From an uncultured Bacteroides sp. (GTDB lineage: Bacteria; Bacteroidota; Bacteroidia; Bacteroidales; Bacteroidaceae), in the NCBI GenBank assembly GCA_905201685.1, contig CAJKOW010000001.1, positions 20,292 to 84,291 on the forward strand: a DNA stretch of 64,000 bases, given 5' to 3'. Below the pieces are notes generated by a model. It ran no database searches, was not told the DNA's origin, and worked only from the letters and a program-made list of their open reading frames with translations. Shown here one piece after another: positions 63,120 through 64,000 of this stretch. Position 1 is the first letter of the stretch. Each line of letters begins with the position of its first letter. The position numbers were made by a program, and so were the translations under genes.

Positions 63120-63320
63120 ATATTCTATTAACTATTTCTACGTAAGGTCGCAAAGGTAAACATTTCCGGGGAAAAAACGAACAGTTCAGCGATTTAGTCC
63201 GCTAAAAACCATCTCCATAAAAGACAAAGACTGCATCCACGGCTTATAAAATCCACCACAAAATTACAGTTTCATCCGTTTTTTGCGTAAGTTTGCATCC
63301 TAATAAGCGAAAGACGAAAC

Positions 63321-64000
63321 ATGAGCGAATCAAAATCTATCATCATCAAGGGTGCAAGGGTCAACAACCTGAAAAACATTGATGTCGAAATACCGCGCAA
63401 CAAGTTAGTTGTCATCACCGGACTGTCCGGTTCGGGAAAATCGTCGCTGGCTTTCGACACACTGTATGCCGAGGGCCAACGCCGCTACGTGGAAAGCCTC
63501 AGCAGCTATGCACGCCAGTTCTTAGGACGAATGAGCAAACCCGAGTGCGACTTTATAAAGGGAATACCGCCCGCCATCGCCATCGAACAGAAAGTCAGCA
63601 GCCGAAACCCGCGTTCTACCGTGGGCACATCGACCGAAATATACGAATACCTGCGCCTGCTCTATGCACGGGTGGGCAAGACCTTCAGCCCCATCAGCGG
63701 ACAGGAGGTGAAGAAACACTCTACCGAAGACATCGTGAACTGCATGACCGAGTATCCCGAAGGGACACGGTTCACCGTACTGGCTCCCCTCCTGCTGCGC
63801 GACAACCGCACACTGGCCCAACAGTTAGAGGTGGACATGCAGCAGGGATTCAATCGGTTAGAGGTAAACGGCCAGATGGTACGCATCGATGAATATCAGC
63901 CCCGGGAAGGTGACACCATCTTTCTGCTGGTTGACCGCATGACCGCCTCTACCGCAAAAGACAACATCAGCCGCCTGACTGACTCGGCCGAAACCGCCAT
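63321..64000 (+). CDS. uvrA: Excinuclease ABC subunit A (5' part, runs off the window)
   Basis: Read from the sequence: [51 protein letters not shown]. Confidence 0.97.
   Translation, partial: MSESKSIIIKGARVNNLKNIDVEIPRNKLVVITGLSGSGKSSLAFDTLYAEGQRRYVESLSSYARQFLGRMSKPECDFIKGIPPAIAIEQKVSSRNPRSTVGTSTEIYEYLRLLYARVGKTFSPISGQEVKKHSTEDIVNCMTEYPEGTRFTVLAPLLLRDNRTLAQQLEVDMQQGFNRLEVNGQMVRIDEYQPREGDTIFLLVDRMTASTAKDNISRLTDSAETA

Overview
Chromosomal segment from a Bacteroidales bacterium (Bacteroides/Phocaeicola-like), judged from SusC/SusD pairs, hybrid two-component systems and TAnnTTTG promoters. Housekeeping blocks (cbpAM, ltaE, groESL, hisS; prfC, rfbD, purL, chromate-transporter pair, uvrA) flank two accessory regions. 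(1) An AT-rich island (~11.7-19.2 kb) encodes an orphan glycyl-radical-activase-type radical SAM enzyme with a Cys-rich partner and an acidic protein. It also encodes a frameshifted coiled-coil/CoiA-like/WG-repeat protein behind a structured leader, and a membrane-anchored TPR protein with a possible regulatory domain. (2) A ~27 kb glycosaminoglycan PUL (19.3-46.6 kb) carries an HTCS, two GH88, PL8, PL12, tandem susCD-susCD, two sulfatases and a GH30. The most notable signals are: an exact 30-bp duplication flanking a 37-bp foreign insert that splits a lyase-GH88 fusion gene, with the geometry of a single CRISPR repeat-spacer-repeat; the uncharacterised radical SAM module; an intergenic repeat apparently inserted in-frame in purL; a toxin-antitoxin pair bracketed by duplicated promoters; and several 22-23-bp periodic intergenic arrays. 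No rRNA, tRNA, canonical CRISPR array, cas gene, integrase or transposase was recognised. All family assignments come from motif recognition, not database searches.
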